Source: Acidothermus cellulolyticus 11B (GTDB taxonomy: Bacteria; Actinomycetota; Actinomycetes; Acidothermales; Acidothermaceae). From it: a stretch of 32,000 bases of DNA. Below are positions 1 through 9,040 of this stretch, piece after piece (position 1 is the first letter of the stretch; each line of letters begins with the position of its first letter). Location of the stretch: positions 630,001 through 662,000 of the forward strand of contig NC_008578.1 of NCBI RefSeq assembly GCF_000015025.1, read 5' to 3'. The notes below the pieces were generated by a model that was given only the letters and a program-made list of their open reading frames with translations, made no database searches and was not told where the DNA came from. The translations under genes and the position numbers were made by a program.

Positions 1-603
1 TCCGATAGTGACATTGCTGATGTGCTCGTTCATATGCGTCCGGACGATGCCGCCGATGCGCTGCAGGATTTACCGGCGGAACGCCGTCATGGCGTCCTTG
101 ACCGGTTACCGGCGGAATATCGCACCAAACTGTTGGCACTGCTTCATTTCCATCCCACGAGTGCTGGTGGGTTGATGAATGTCGACGTGCTCACCGTGAG
201 CGAGACGATGACCGTGGCGGATGCCCTGGCAGTGGTGGCCGCGGCAACGACGGTGCAGCCGGAATTGGCCGGTGTCGTGCACGTCATCGATGCGGAGAAC
301 CGCCTTATCGGTGTCGCGCGTGTCGCCCGGCTCGTCCAGGCGAGCCCGCAGGCGGAGATCGGCACAATCATGGACGCGGATCCGGTTCGGGTGAACGCGA
401 CGACCGATATCGTCGATCTCGCCATTCTCATGGCAGATTACGACCTTACGACGTTGCCGGTGGTTGACGAAAGCGGCCGGCTTCTTGGTGTGGTCACGGT
501 TGACGACGTCCTTGAGTCGATCATTCCGGAGGAGTGGCGACGCCGTGAACCGCCGCCGCATCCGGAATACCGGCCGGAGCCGGCGGAGGATCAGTCGGCG
601 TAA
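1..603 (+). CDS. MgtE-like soluble protein: MgtE N-domain plus CBS pair, no transmembrane domain (5' end outside window)
   Basis: Frame 1 is open from nt 1 (SDSDIADVLVHMRPDDAADALQDLPAERRHGVLDRLPAEYRTKLLALL), which resembles the MgtE N-domain. Two CBS-like modules follow (GGLMNVDVLTVSETMTVADAL... and IMDADPVRVNATTDIVDLAILMADYDLTTLPVVDESGRLLGVVTVDDVLESII). The ORF ends in a Pro/Glu-rich tail at TAA 601-603 with no hydrophobic segments. Confidence 0.8.
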   Translation, partial: SDSDIADVLVHMRPDDAADALQDLPAERRHGVLDRLPAEYRTKLLALLHFHPTSAGGLMNVDVLTVSETMTVADALAVVAAATTVQPELAGVVHVIDAENRLIGVARVARLVQASPQAEIGTIMDADPVRVNATTDIVDLAILMADYDLTTLPVVDESGRLLGVVTVDDVLESIIPEEWRRREPPPHPEYRPEPAEDQSA

Positions 604-848
604 GAGATCCTTCGGCTCGCAGCCTGTTATAGTCACAAAGGCCGCGTTCTCAGCGGCGACCATTCGTAGGAAAATGCGCTCGTGGCGCCCGGTCGGCGGG
701 AGGTGCGGCATGGACCGAAGTCCTGATTGCCCGCATCATCCGACCACCGTCTGAATCCGCCGGCTCGTCCACGACCGTTTGCCCGCGATCCGGATCACCG
801 GTTTGCGATCGGGGTGATGACGAGCCGTGGCTGCTGAGAGGAGGCGCC

Positions 849-2546
849 ATGGTCCGTCGATTTCGTACGCGCGCATCTGCGTCGTCCTGGCCCGCCGAGG
901 CTCCCGGAACGACCGCGCCGGCGGCGATGGAGGTACGACCGACCGCCGGGCAGGCTGTGCTGGACGACGCCCACATTGGTGACATCCGGGGTGCTCTGGG
1001 TTCCATTCGGGCGGATGCGCTAACCGAACGGCCGACATGGCGTCGCCGCCTTCTTACGCTGGCGGCAATTCTCGGCCCCGGCGTGATCGTCATGGTCGGC
1101 GACAACGACGCCGGTGGGGTCGCCACGTACGCGCAGGCCGGACAGGATTACGGCTATTCGCTGCTCTGGGTCCTGCTTCTCCTGATTCCGGTGCTCATCG
1201 TCAACCAGGAGATGGTCGTGCGTCTCGGCGCCGTCACCGGGGTCGGCCACGCACGATTGATCGTTGAACGATTCGGCCGGGGGTGGGGCTGGTTCTCAGT
1301 GGGCGACCTCTTCGTATTGAATTTTCTGACCTTGGCGACGGAATTCATCGGAATAGCTCTCGCCGCCGACTATATCGGTCTCTCGAAATACCTCGTGGTT
1401 CCCATCGCCGCGGTTGTTCTCGTGCTCATAACGGCATCGGGAAGCTTTCAGCGCTGGGAACGGTCGCTGTTCGTCTTCATCGCGGTCTCCCTCCTGCAGA
1501 TTCCCATGCTCCTGCTCGCGCATCCGCACTGGGCGTCGATCGGTCGGCACCTCGTCGTTCCCGGCATCGCGGGCGGTGTCACGAGCAACGCAGTGCTGCT
1601 CATCATCGCGATCGTCGGGACGACGGTGGCGCCGTGGCAGCTTTTCTTCCAGCAGTCCAATATCATCGATAAGCGCATTACGCCGCGGTTCATCTCCTAC
1701 GAGCGCGCGGACACCGTCATCGGCAGCATTTTCGTTATCATCGGCGCGATTGCGATCATGGTGACAGCGGCGTATGGTGCGGCGGGTACCGGTGGGTACG
1801 GCCATTTCACTGACGCCGCTGGTGTGGCGCATCTGCTCCGGCAGCACTCACCGGTTCTCGGTGCGATCTTCGCTGTTGTTCTCTTGGATGCGAGCATTAT
1901 CGGCGCCGCCGCCGTTACTCTCTCGACGAGTTATGCGTTCGGCGACGTCTTCGGGATTCGCCACTCGCTGCATCGGTCGTTCCGGGACGCCAAGGAGTTC
2001 TACCTCAGTTACATCGGCTTGGTCGCTGCTGCTGCGGCGATCGTGCTCATTCCGGGCGCGCCGCTGGGATTAATCACCACGAGCGTGCAGGTGCTCGCCG
2101 GCCTTCTGCTGCCGTCGGCGAGCGTCTTTCTGCTGCTGCTCTGCAACGACCGCCACGTCCTTGGTCCGTGGACCAATCCACGGTGGCTCAATGTCGTCAC
2201 CGGTGTCATCATCGGGGTGCTGCTCCTTCTCTCCGCCACGCTCATGGTGACGACCCTCTTCCCCGAGGTGCCCATCGTTCCGTTGCTCATCGGTCTCAGC
2301 ACAGGCTTGGTCGTCCTCGGTGCCAGTGGTTGGCTGGTCGCACGAGTGAGCCAGCGAGGGCGGCCCAGCGGACAGGCAGGTCCACCGGTGTACGGCGACA
2401 AGCAGACGTGGCGGATGCCCTCGCTTGCCGTCCTGCCGCCGGTCGAATGGTCCACGTGGACGAAAATCAGCATGGTAGCGCTGCGGGGATACCTCATCCT
2501 GAGCGCCGTCCTGTTGGTCGTGAAGGCAATTCGGCTCGCCCATTAG
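849..2546 (+). CDS. NRAMP/SLC11-family cation transporter with non-canonical (NRMT-like, possibly Mg2+) binding-site residues
   Basis: 565-aa polytopic ORF. ATG 849 is preceded by GAGAGGAGG (836-844). The NRAMP TM1 region reads GPGVIVMVGDNDAGGVATYAQAG (D-A-G-G in place of D-P-G-N). The TM6 region reads IAIVGTTVAPWQLFFQQS (T..A-P-W in place of A..M-P-H). Confidence 0.85.
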   Translation: MVRRFRTRASASSWPAEAPGTTAPAAMEVRPTAGQAVLDDAHIGDIRGALGSIRADALTERPTWRRRLLTLAAILGPGVIVMVGDNDAGGVATYAQAGQDYGYSLLWVLLLLIPVLIVNQEMVVRLGAVTGVGHARLIVERFGRGWGWFSVGDLFVLNFLTLATEFIGIALAADYIGLSKYLVVPIAAVVLVLITASGSFQRWERSLFVFIAVSLLQIPMLLLAHPHWASIGRHLVVPGIAGGVTSNAVLLIIAIVGTTVAPWQLFFQQSNIIDKRITPRFISYERADTVIGSIFVIIGAIAIMVTAAYGAAGTGGYGHFTDAAGVAHLLRQHSPVLGAIFAVVLLDASIIGAAAVTLSTSYAFGDVFGIRHSLHRSFRDAKEFYLSYIGLVAAAAAIVLIPGAPLGLITTSVQVLAGLLLPSASVFLLLLCNDRHVLGPWTNPRWLNVVTGVIIGVLLLLSATLMVTTLFPEVPIVPLLIGLSTGLVVLGASGWLVARVSQRGRPSGQAGPPVYGDKQTWRMPSLAVLPPVEWSTWTKISMVALRGYLILSAVLLVVKAIRLAH

Positions 2547-4219
2547 CGGCCTAGGACGATCGTTGCGTCAGCCCGTAGGGGTATGTCGATGCCTTCGGGG
2601 GTCATGATGACGAGGGACTTTTCCGTGAACTCTGCGTCGATCTCTGCGAGAAGACGAGGCACATCGTGAGGTTCAATGTGAGCCGCCGGTTCGTCCAGCA
2701 GGACGATGTCCACGGCGGTCAGCAGTAGGCGGGCCAGACCCAGCCGCTGCCGCTCACCGCTGCTGAGCTGGCGTCCTCCAGCGCCGAGGATGGTATCAAG
2801 CCCGTTCGGCAGCGACGTGAGCCACTGCGCCAGTCCGACTCGTGACAGCGCCGTCTTGCAGGCGTCATCCGAGGCCGTGGGTGCCGCCAGGCGCACATTG
2901 TCACGCACGGTTGCCGTAAAGATGTAAACCTCGTCGGGCATCCATCCGACGACCTCAGCAATCTGCGTTCGGCGAAGCGTGTGGAGCGGTACATCGCCGA
3001 GCATGACCGCCCCGCTCAGTGGTTCGAGGAAATGGAGAAGGACATAGCTTAAGGTCGATTTTCCTGAACCATTGGGTCCGGTGACGACGAGGCGTGCGCG
3101 GGGCGGAACGTGCACTGTTGGATAACGAAATTCCGTGACGCCGGTGGCGGGGGAGACGGAATCGGCCTGTTGACTGCGCCGCACGACGATGTCACGCGCC
3201 AGCAGCTGCGCCGGCCGGGTAGGCGGGACTCCGGCTACGGCGGGTTCTCGGCTCGGCAGCGGCCGGCTGGCTACCGCGCTGAGATTTCGGGCCGCTCCTC
3301 GGGCTCGGCCGATATTTTGCAGGCCGTCGGGCAAGGCGAGACAGACCTCGCCGACCGCAAGGACAAGGAAAGCCGCTGCTGCCACAGATGATCCGTTGAT
3401 TGCACCGCGTGCTGCGAGATGACGCCCGATCAGCAAGACAAGGACGAGTGTGCCTCCGCTGATGATAGAAATGAGCATTCGCGTCAGGCCGACAGTGAGA
3501 GCGTGCCGGACCTCGTGCGGGCGGGTCTCGGCGGTGGCGTGGCGGACGACTGTGTCGAGAACATCACTTCGGTCATAGACGAGAAGTTCAGGCAGCGCCG
3601 AGAATGCCTCGAACACCTGTGCGTTGAGAAGGGCGCGGGCTTCGCTCAGTCGCTGCTCCGCACGCTCATGAACGGTCGTCGACCAGAGTGCGATTCCTTG
3701 CGCTGCGGCTGTTCCGGCCGCGACTATCATCCCGAGAACCGGTTGAATAGCGATGGCGGCAAGGGTTCCGATGAGCCATGCCCCCACAGCATCAGTGATC
3801 GCCGCGGCACCACGAATGCGACCGTTGGCCACGACGTCGGCGTCGGTGACGAGGCGGTTGACCACCTCGCCGGTGCGAGGTACCGCCGCGGGGACCAGCG
3901 GTTCCAGGCGGTCATAGAGCCATAAGCGAATGCGGCCGAGATAGCGGAGAGCTGCGGCGTGCAACACGAGGCGAGCTGCGTAGCGGCCAACGCCGCGGCC
4001 AAGTGCGAGGGACTGAACAGACGCAGCAGCGACCGCTAAGGCGAGGATGGGCGGCCGAAGCGAGGCATCGGTGATGAGCCAGCCGGCCATCGTCATGAGT
4101 CCAATGCCTGATCCGACGGTGGTCCAACTGATCGCGACTGCCTTCAGGCACGTCCGCCACTCCACTCTGCGCCAGAGACGTGGCAGTGCGGTTTCGGTGG
4201 GAGGGGGCGATGCGCTCAT
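2543..4219 (-). CDS. cydC: Thiol-reductant ABC exporter subunit CydC (fused permease-ATPase)
   Basis: 558 aa with a hydrophobic N-terminal half. Walker A GPNGSGKST, ABC signature LSSGERQRLGLARLL, Walker B VLLDEP. ATG 4219 overlaps the cydD stop (ATGA at 4216-4219). It is the last gene in the cydA-B-D-C order. Confidence 0.85.
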   Translation of the reverse strand: MSASPPPTETALPRLWRRVEWRTCLKAVAISWTTVGSGIGLMTMAGWLITDASLRPPILALAVAAASVQSLALGRGVGRYAARLVLHAAALRYLGRIRLWLYDRLEPLVPAAVPRTGEVVNRLVTDADVVANGRIRGAAAITDAVGAWLIGTLAAIAIQPVLGMIVAAGTAAAQGIALWSTTVHERAEQRLSEARALLNAQVFEAFSALPELLVYDRSDVLDTVVRHATAETRPHEVRHALTVGLTRMLISIISGGTLVLVLLIGRHLAARGAINGSSVAAAAFLVLAVGEVCLALPDGLQNIGRARGAARNLSAVASRPLPSREPAVAGVPPTRPAQLLARDIVVRRSQQADSVSPATGVTEFRYPTVHVPPRARLVVTGPNGSGKSTLSYVLLHFLEPLSGAVMLGDVPLHTLRRTQIAEVVGWMPDEVYIFTATVRDNVRLAAPTASDDACKTALSRVGLAQWLTSLPNGLDTILGAGGRQLSSGERQRLGLARLLLTAVDIVLLDEPAAHIEPHDVPRLLAEIDAEFTEKSLVIMTPEGIDIPLRADATIVLGR

Positions 4220-6018
4220 GGCAGGTCTACAGTGCGTGAGGCGGACGACGGCAGAGGAAACCGCAGCGATACGGTTCCGTCCGTTCCCGGCAGCTCGACG
4301 ACGACGTGGGCGAGCTGCGTAAGGGCAGGGCGGTGCGTCACGATCAGTGCTGTCTTGCCCGTTAAATGATGTGCCAAGGTAGCGAGAATGCCATCTTCGG
4401 AGTCGTGGTCGAGATGCTCCGTCGGTTCATCCAGTAGATAGAGAGACGCTCGACGCAACAGGATGCGTGCGAGGCCGAGGCGCTGCCGCTCTCCCGCGGA
4501 GAGCGGCCGACCACCCGGGCCGATCCGGGTCTCGAGCGCCTGGGGAAATCGCTCGACCATGCGAGCCGCACCGGCCGCAACCAGTGCGTCGTACAGTTCA
4601 GCGTCTGTCGCGTCCGGCCGCGCGAGCCGCAGGTTGTCGGCCACCGTCCCGGGGATGATGGCCGGCGGTTGCGGGAGGTAGCCGATGAATCGGCGCCATG
4701 TCGTGAGCTCCGCCGGTGACAGCACAGCGTCGCCGACGGTGATATGACCGGCGTCGGGGACGCGGAGACCGGCGACCACCTGAAGCAGTGTCGATTTCCC
4801 GGCACCGTTAGGTCCGACGACGACAACCACCGTGCCAGGGCGGAGAGTCAGAGCCTCGAGCCGCAGCCGGTCGCGTTGGCGGTCGCCGCGGACCACAATG
4901 CCGCTGAGCCGGATCGTTTGATTGCCGGGGTCCGGCGATCCGCCGGCGGCGCTCCTCGGTAAGGCATTCGGTAACCGGTTGGACAGGTCGGCATCCGTAG
5001 TATTCCCGAGTGCTCCACGAAAAGCCGCCGCGATCTCGTCGAGAGCTTGCGCCGCCTCCGCCGTCTCGTGAAATTGTGCGCTCGCATTCCGGAGCGGCGC
5101 GAGAATCTCCGGCGTGATGACGAGCACCGTCAATGCTGACACGAGCGAGACATGGCCATAGATCAGGCGAAGACCCAGCGGTACCGCAACGAGTGCGACT
5201 GCGACGGCGGCGAGCGTGTCCAGGACCAGGGCGGTGAGGAACGCCAGACGCAGGCTCGCCAGGGTGGCTGTTTCAAGCTGCTGTTCGAGTGCAGTCAAAT
5301 GATTTCGCCTTTGCGCCGTCAGACCGAACGCGCGCAAAACCGGCAGACCGTTGAATGTATCGGCAACCTGGGCGGCGAAGCGTGCCGTAATGTTCCAGCG
5401 CCGCGTTGCCAGTTGCGTCGTGCTCCGGCCGACCAATACCCCGAATACTGGAAAGAGCAGCAGGGGGACGAACACGATGAGCAACGACGGCCAGTCGAGC
5501 CAGCCGACGGCACCAAGGAGCAAAGGCGGTGTTACGACAAGGGAGACAAGGCTCGGCAGATAGCGGCCGAGGTATCCGTCGAGACCGTCAAGCCCTCGGC
5601 TGGCGAGAACGGCGATGCGTATCGGGTCGGTATGCTGCGAGATCGCCTCATGCATCGCCGAAGTGAGAAACCGTGTGCGCAACTGTTCCTTAGCCCGGAC
5701 GACTACCCAGTTGGCGTACTGGTCGGCGCTGAATCCGGCGCCGGCGCGGAGAGCTATGCCGGCGAACAGGCCCAGTACCCAGGTGCTTGCGGAGGCGGTG
5801 TGCCGGCGCGTAAAGAAAGAATCAAGGAGATGGGCAAGAGCAAGCGCCTGCAGATACATTCCAGCGACCACCGCTACGCCGGTTATCACAGCAACAACGA
5901 TTCCTCGGCGGACTGCAGGCAAATCAAGAAGAATTCTTACGGTCGGAGGATATCGAGGACGTGCAGCCACGGCGTCACATTCCTGACACGGGCCGGGCAC
6001 GGCTCCCGAGAACTGCAT
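4216..6018 (-). CDS. cydD: Thiol-reductant ABC exporter subunit CydD (fused permease-ATPase)
   Basis: 600 aa. ATG 6018 lies 13 nt after the cydB stop (6031-6033). Walker A GPNGAGKST, signature LSAGERQRLGLARILL, Walker B LYLLDEP. Its stop is coupled to the cydC start. Confidence 0.85.
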   Translation of the reverse strand: MQFSGAVPGPCQECDAVAARPRYPPTVRILLDLPAVRRGIVVAVITGVAVVAGMYLQALALAHLLDSFFTRRHTASASTWVLGLFAGIALRAGAGFSADQYANWVVVRAKEQLRTRFLTSAMHEAISQHTDPIRIAVLASRGLDGLDGYLGRYLPSLVSLVVTPPLLLGAVGWLDWPSLLIVFVPLLLFPVFGVLVGRSTTQLATRRWNITARFAAQVADTFNGLPVLRAFGLTAQRRNHLTALEQQLETATLASLRLAFLTALVLDTLAAVAVALVAVPLGLRLIYGHVSLVSALTVLVITPEILAPLRNASAQFHETAEAAQALDEIAAAFRGALGNTTDADLSNRLPNALPRSAAGGSPDPGNQTIRLSGIVVRGDRQRDRLRLEALTLRPGTVVVVVGPNGAGKSTLLQVVAGLRVPDAGHITVGDAVLSPAELTTWRRFIGYLPQPPAIIPGTVADNLRLARPDATDAELYDALVAAGAARMVERFPQALETRIGPGGRPLSAGERQRLGLARILLRRASLYLLDEPTEHLDHDSEDGILATLAHHLTGKTALIVTHRPALTQLAHVVVELPGTDGTVSLRFPLPSSASRTVDLP

Positions 6019-6030
6019 GATGTCTAGTGA

Positions 6031-7077
6031 TCACGCTGAACCCGTTGCGCCGGATCCGGTCGTCGGGCGCATGAGCCGCCGCCGGAAGACCCAGTAGGTC
6101 CAACCCTGGTAGGCGAGCACCAAGGGCGTGAAAATTGCTGCGACGATCGTCATGACGACCAAAGTGTAATGCCCGGACGCCGCCGCGGCGATTGTCACCG
6201 AATGTGCAGGGTGGTGGAAGTCCGGAAAGACTGTGGGGAACATGCGGGCGAACACGGCACCCATAGTGAGGAGGAGGCTGCCGCCTGTTGCGGCGAAGGC
6301 GGCCCCGTCCCTGGCACGCGCAACGAGAAAGGTACCGGCTGCGACACCGGCGACGCCTGCGACGGCCATGGCAAGCGGAACGACACCGGGCAGTGCCTCG
6401 GGCAGGGCCTTTCCCCTTGTTAGGGCGACTGCGAGCACGACGGCGCCGGTGAGGAGAGTCGCTGCAACGCCCAGCGGGACGGCGACGCTCCGTGTCCGGT
6501 GCGCGAGGCCGCTCGAAGTCTTGAGCAGCAGGAAATTCGCTCCGTGGAAACTCACGAGAGCGACCGTTGCGGCACCGCCCAGGACGGCGATGGGGTGCAG
6601 CAGCCCCGCGAGCCCGCCTCGGTACACACCGCCGGAGTCGAGAGGAAGACCGACCACCAGGTTGGTGAAAGCGACGCCCCAGACGGCGGGAGGTATGAGG
6701 CTGCCGAGGAAATTGGCCCAATCCCACGTGCGGCGCCAAGCCGGGCGGTGGTCTTTGTTCCTGAACTCAAAAGAAACACCGCGTGCGATCAGTGCAAGCA
6801 GAATGAGGAAGAGAGCGAGATAAAAGCCGCTGAAGAGGCGGGCATACCACAGGGGAAAGGCAGCGAAAGTCGCGCCGCCTGCAACGATCAGCCAGACTTC
6901 GTTACCGTCCCAGAACGGTCCGACGCTGTTCAGGCACATGCGCCGGTCGATCTCATCCTTGCTGACCAGCGGCGTGATGAGCGCGACACCGAAGTCGAAG
7001 CCCTCAAGGAACAGGTAGCCCGCCCACAGCAGTCCAATGAGGGAGAACCACGTGGTGTCAAGGACGCCGAACGACAC
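6031..7077 (-). CDS. cydB: Cytochrome bd ubiquinol/menaquinol oxidase subunit II
   Basis: GTG at 7077 is preceded by AGGAGG (7085-7090) and lies 17 nt after the cydA stop (7095-7097). The product starts VSFGVLDTTWFSLIGLLWAGYLFLEGFDFGVALI, a typical CydB N-terminus. The ORF-track extension up to 7329 overlaps cydA and is Arg-rich, so I treat it as spurious. Confidence 0.9.
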   Translation of the reverse strand: MSFGVLDTTWFSLIGLLWAGYLFLEGFDFGVALITPLVSKDEIDRRMCLNSVGPFWDGNEVWLIVAGGATFAAFPLWYARLFSGFYLALFLILLALIARGVSFEFRNKDHRPAWRRTWDWANFLGSLIPPAVWGVAFTNLVVGLPLDSGGVYRGGLAGLLHPIAVLGGAATVALVSFHGANFLLLKTSSGLAHRTRSVAVPLGVAATLLTGAVVLAVALTRGKALPEALPGVVPLAMAVAGVAGVAAGTFLVARARDGAAFAATGGSLLLTMGAVFARMFPTVFPDFHHPAHSVTIAAAASGHYTLVVMTIVAAIFTPLVLAYQGWTYWVFRRRLMRPTTGSGATGSA

Positions 7078-7094
7078 GCTCCTGCCTCCTGTCC

Positions 7095-8474
7095 TTAGTA
7101 AACAAGCTCCGGCACTTCGTCCTCGCCGAATTGCGACGGCTCGACGAAGGGCCGTCGCGCGGCGCGCGCGATGAGGACGGCTGCGATGAAGCCGAGAATC
7201 GTGTAGACAGCGACGAAGGAACCGAGCGTTGCAGCGACATCGGCTACCGGTACGGTTGAGACGCCTGAGGCCGTCGTCATGAGCCCGTAGACAATCCAGG
7301 GTTGGCGACCAGCCTCGGTAAAGATCCACCCGGCCGTGTTGGCCACCAGAGGCAGGGCGATGCCGGCCAGGGCGATGCGCTGCAGCCAGCGACCCTCAAA
7401 GCCGGTGCGTCGTCGCATTCGCCAGAGAATCCAGAGCGGCAGAAGGACGAGCAGAATTCCGGCCCCGACCATGATACGGAACGACCAGTACGTGAGCCAG
7501 ATGACCGGCACGTAGCTGCCGGAGCCGTAGCGGGCTTGCTCCGCCTGTTGTATTTGGTGAATGCCAAGAACCTCGCCCTCGGGGTTGAGGGTTGCGATAA
7601 GCGAAAGCAGACCGGGAACCCGGATTTGGAAGATTGGATTTCCCGAGAGATCGCCGATGGTCAGGAGCGAGAAGCTTGCGCCGCGTGTGGTATCGTACAA
7701 TGCCTCGGCGGCAGCCATCTTCATCGGTTGCTGAGTGTCCATGAGGCGCGCTTGGCCGTCGCCGCTCACGGCGGTGAGGATTCCTGCGGCGGCGGTCACT
7801 CCGGCGGCGAGCATCGCAGCCTTTCGGAAGGCTAGACGACTCGGTGGGTCATCGGAGTCGCGACGGCTGCGGTAGACCGCGATTCCAAGCATGAGAGCCC
7901 CGCCCGTGGCGAGTGCGGCGAATACGGTATGGGCGAAGGACCACCAGAGGGTGGAGTTGCCGAGCACCGCCCAGAAATTCGTAAGAACGGCCTTGCCATT
8001 CTCGACGCGGTAGCCTACCGGATGCTGCATCCACGCGTTCGCAGCAAGAATGAAGAACGCGGACAGCAGGGTGCCGATGCTCACCAGCCAAATCGTGGCG
8101 AGATGGACACGCGGCGGCAGCCGATCACGGCCAAAGACCCAGAGGCCGATGAATGTCGATTCCAAGAAAAAGGCGAGAAGACCTTCGATGGCGAGCGGTG
8201 CGCCAAAGATGTTCCCGACGAACACTGAGTAGCGCGACCAATTAAGGCCGAACTGGAATTCAAGGACTATACCCGTGACGACGCCGACCGCCATGCTGAT
8301 GAGGAAAATGTGACTAAAGAAACGAGTCAAGCGTTCCCAATCGGAGCCGCGATGCCTATGCGCAAGAGTGGCCAGAACGGCGACAAGGACGCCTAGCCCG
8401 ATTGTCACCGGGACGAAGAAGAAGTGGAAGATGGTGACAATGGCGAACTGCCACCGCGCAAGGAAGAGAGCCAC
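7095..8474 (-). CDS. cydA: Cytochrome bd oxidase subunit I
   Basis: Conserved N-terminus ARWQFAIVTIFHFFFVPVTIGLG, polytopic, with a long Q-loop region. My preferred start is GTG 8474 because GGAGG (8480-8484) lies 5 nt upstream. The longest ORF begins at GTG 8519 without an SD sequence, so the start is uncertain by 45 nt. Confidence 0.9.
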   Translation of the reverse strand: MALFLARWQFAIVTIFHFFFVPVTIGLGVLVAVLATLAHRHRGSDWERLTRFFSHIFLISMAVGVVTGIVLEFQFGLNWSRYSVFVGNIFGAPLAIEGLLAFFLESTFIGLWVFGRDRLPPRVHLATIWLVSIGTLLSAFFILAANAWMQHPVGYRVENGKAVLTNFWAVLGNSTLWWSFAHTVFAALATGGALMLGIAVYRSRRDSDDPPSRLAFRKAAMLAAGVTAAAGILTAVSGDGQARLMDTQQPMKMAAAEALYDTTRGASFSLLTIGDLSGNPIFQIRVPGLLSLIATLNPEGEVLGIHQIQQAEQARYGSGSYVPVIWLTYWSFRIMVGAGILLVLLPLWILWRMRRRTGFEGRWLQRIALAGIALPLVANTAGWIFTEAGRQPWIVYGLMTTASGVSTVPVADVAATLGSFVAVYTILGFIAAVLIARAARRPFVEPSQFGEDEVPELVY

Positions 8475-8572
8475 GAGGACCTCCGGCCGAGTCACACCGC
8501 GGAGACGAACGTGCGACACGTACTTTATCGTTGCGGTCAGCCGACGTCCGCATGACTTTTTTCACGGTTCCC

Positions 8573-8588
8573 TAGGACTTTGGTCCTA
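8573..8588 (-). promoter_or_regulatory. Inverted repeat TAGGAC-N4-GTCCTA upstream of cydA (candidate operator; DosR/NarL-type box resemblance)
   Basis: TAGGACTTTGGTCCTA was read directly, about 100 nt upstream of the preferred cydA start. The inner 14 nt, AGGACTTTGGTCCT (8574-8587), match the mycobacterial DevR/DosR core GGGACTWWAGTCCC at 11 of 14 positions by my hand alignment. Confidence 0.3.
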
Positions 8589-8669
8589 ACGACGGTCATG
8601 GGCCGTCTTGGATGGCCTCAGGGTGGAGGGCATGCTACCGCTCACGACGGTGCACGTGGCGTTCTCGGC

Positions 8670-9029
8670 TCAGGTGGCTTCCGGGTCAAAAGGCGGCGGC
8701 CCGTCTGATCGCATCGCGACGCCTCCTTGATGCGACGGCGGCGGTAGTGGCCCGCCTCTCACCGGCGCTCGCGAATCCTGGTCATCGAGTAAGTGTCGTC
8801 GGATGAGATATCGGGGGTCGAGATCGGAGAGGCCCAGATCGTTGACGATGTGTCGGACGTCGCCAAGCTCCGCTTGCAGCTCGTTACGCGCCTGTCCGAC
8901 GAGGCCTCGGAGCTGACGGAGCATTCGGGCGGCGTCTCGGGCAATGTGAGGGAGCCGCTCCGGGCCAAAGATGACCAACGCCAGGAGCCCGAGTACGAGG
9001 AGCTTGGCCGTGCTCAGGTCGAACGGCAT
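8670..9029 (-). CDS. tatB: Twin-arginine translocase subunit TatB
   Basis: 119 aa. N-terminal TM plus amphipathic helix, LLVLGLLALVIFGPERLPHIARDAARMLRQLR (the GPERLP hinge typical of actinobacterial TatB). C-terminal PPFDPEAT tail as in mycobacterial TatB. Confidence 0.8.
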   Translation of the reverse strand: MPFDLSTAKLLVLGLLALVIFGPERLPHIARDAARMLRQLRGLVGQARNELQAELGDVRHIVNDLGLSDLDPRYLIRRHLLDDQDSRAPVRGGPLPPPSHQGGVAMRSDGPPPFDPEAT

Positions 9030-9040
9030 TTCCGCACCCC

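Noticed and set aside
604-848. Possible Mg2+ (M-box) or Mn2+ (yybP-ykoY) riboswitch in the 245-nt leader of the NRAMP gene.
   Set aside because: I could not find the conserved core sequences of either class by eye. Only small palindromes (GATCCGGATC, ATCACC...GGTGAT) are present. A covariance-model scan (Rfam/Infernal) would be needed.
7078-7329. N-terminal 84-aa extension of the cydB ORF that overlaps cydA.
   Set aside because: It is an Arg-rich translation of the cydA 3' end in another frame. A GTG with AGGAGG lies right after the cydA stop, and the conserved CydB N-terminus begins there.
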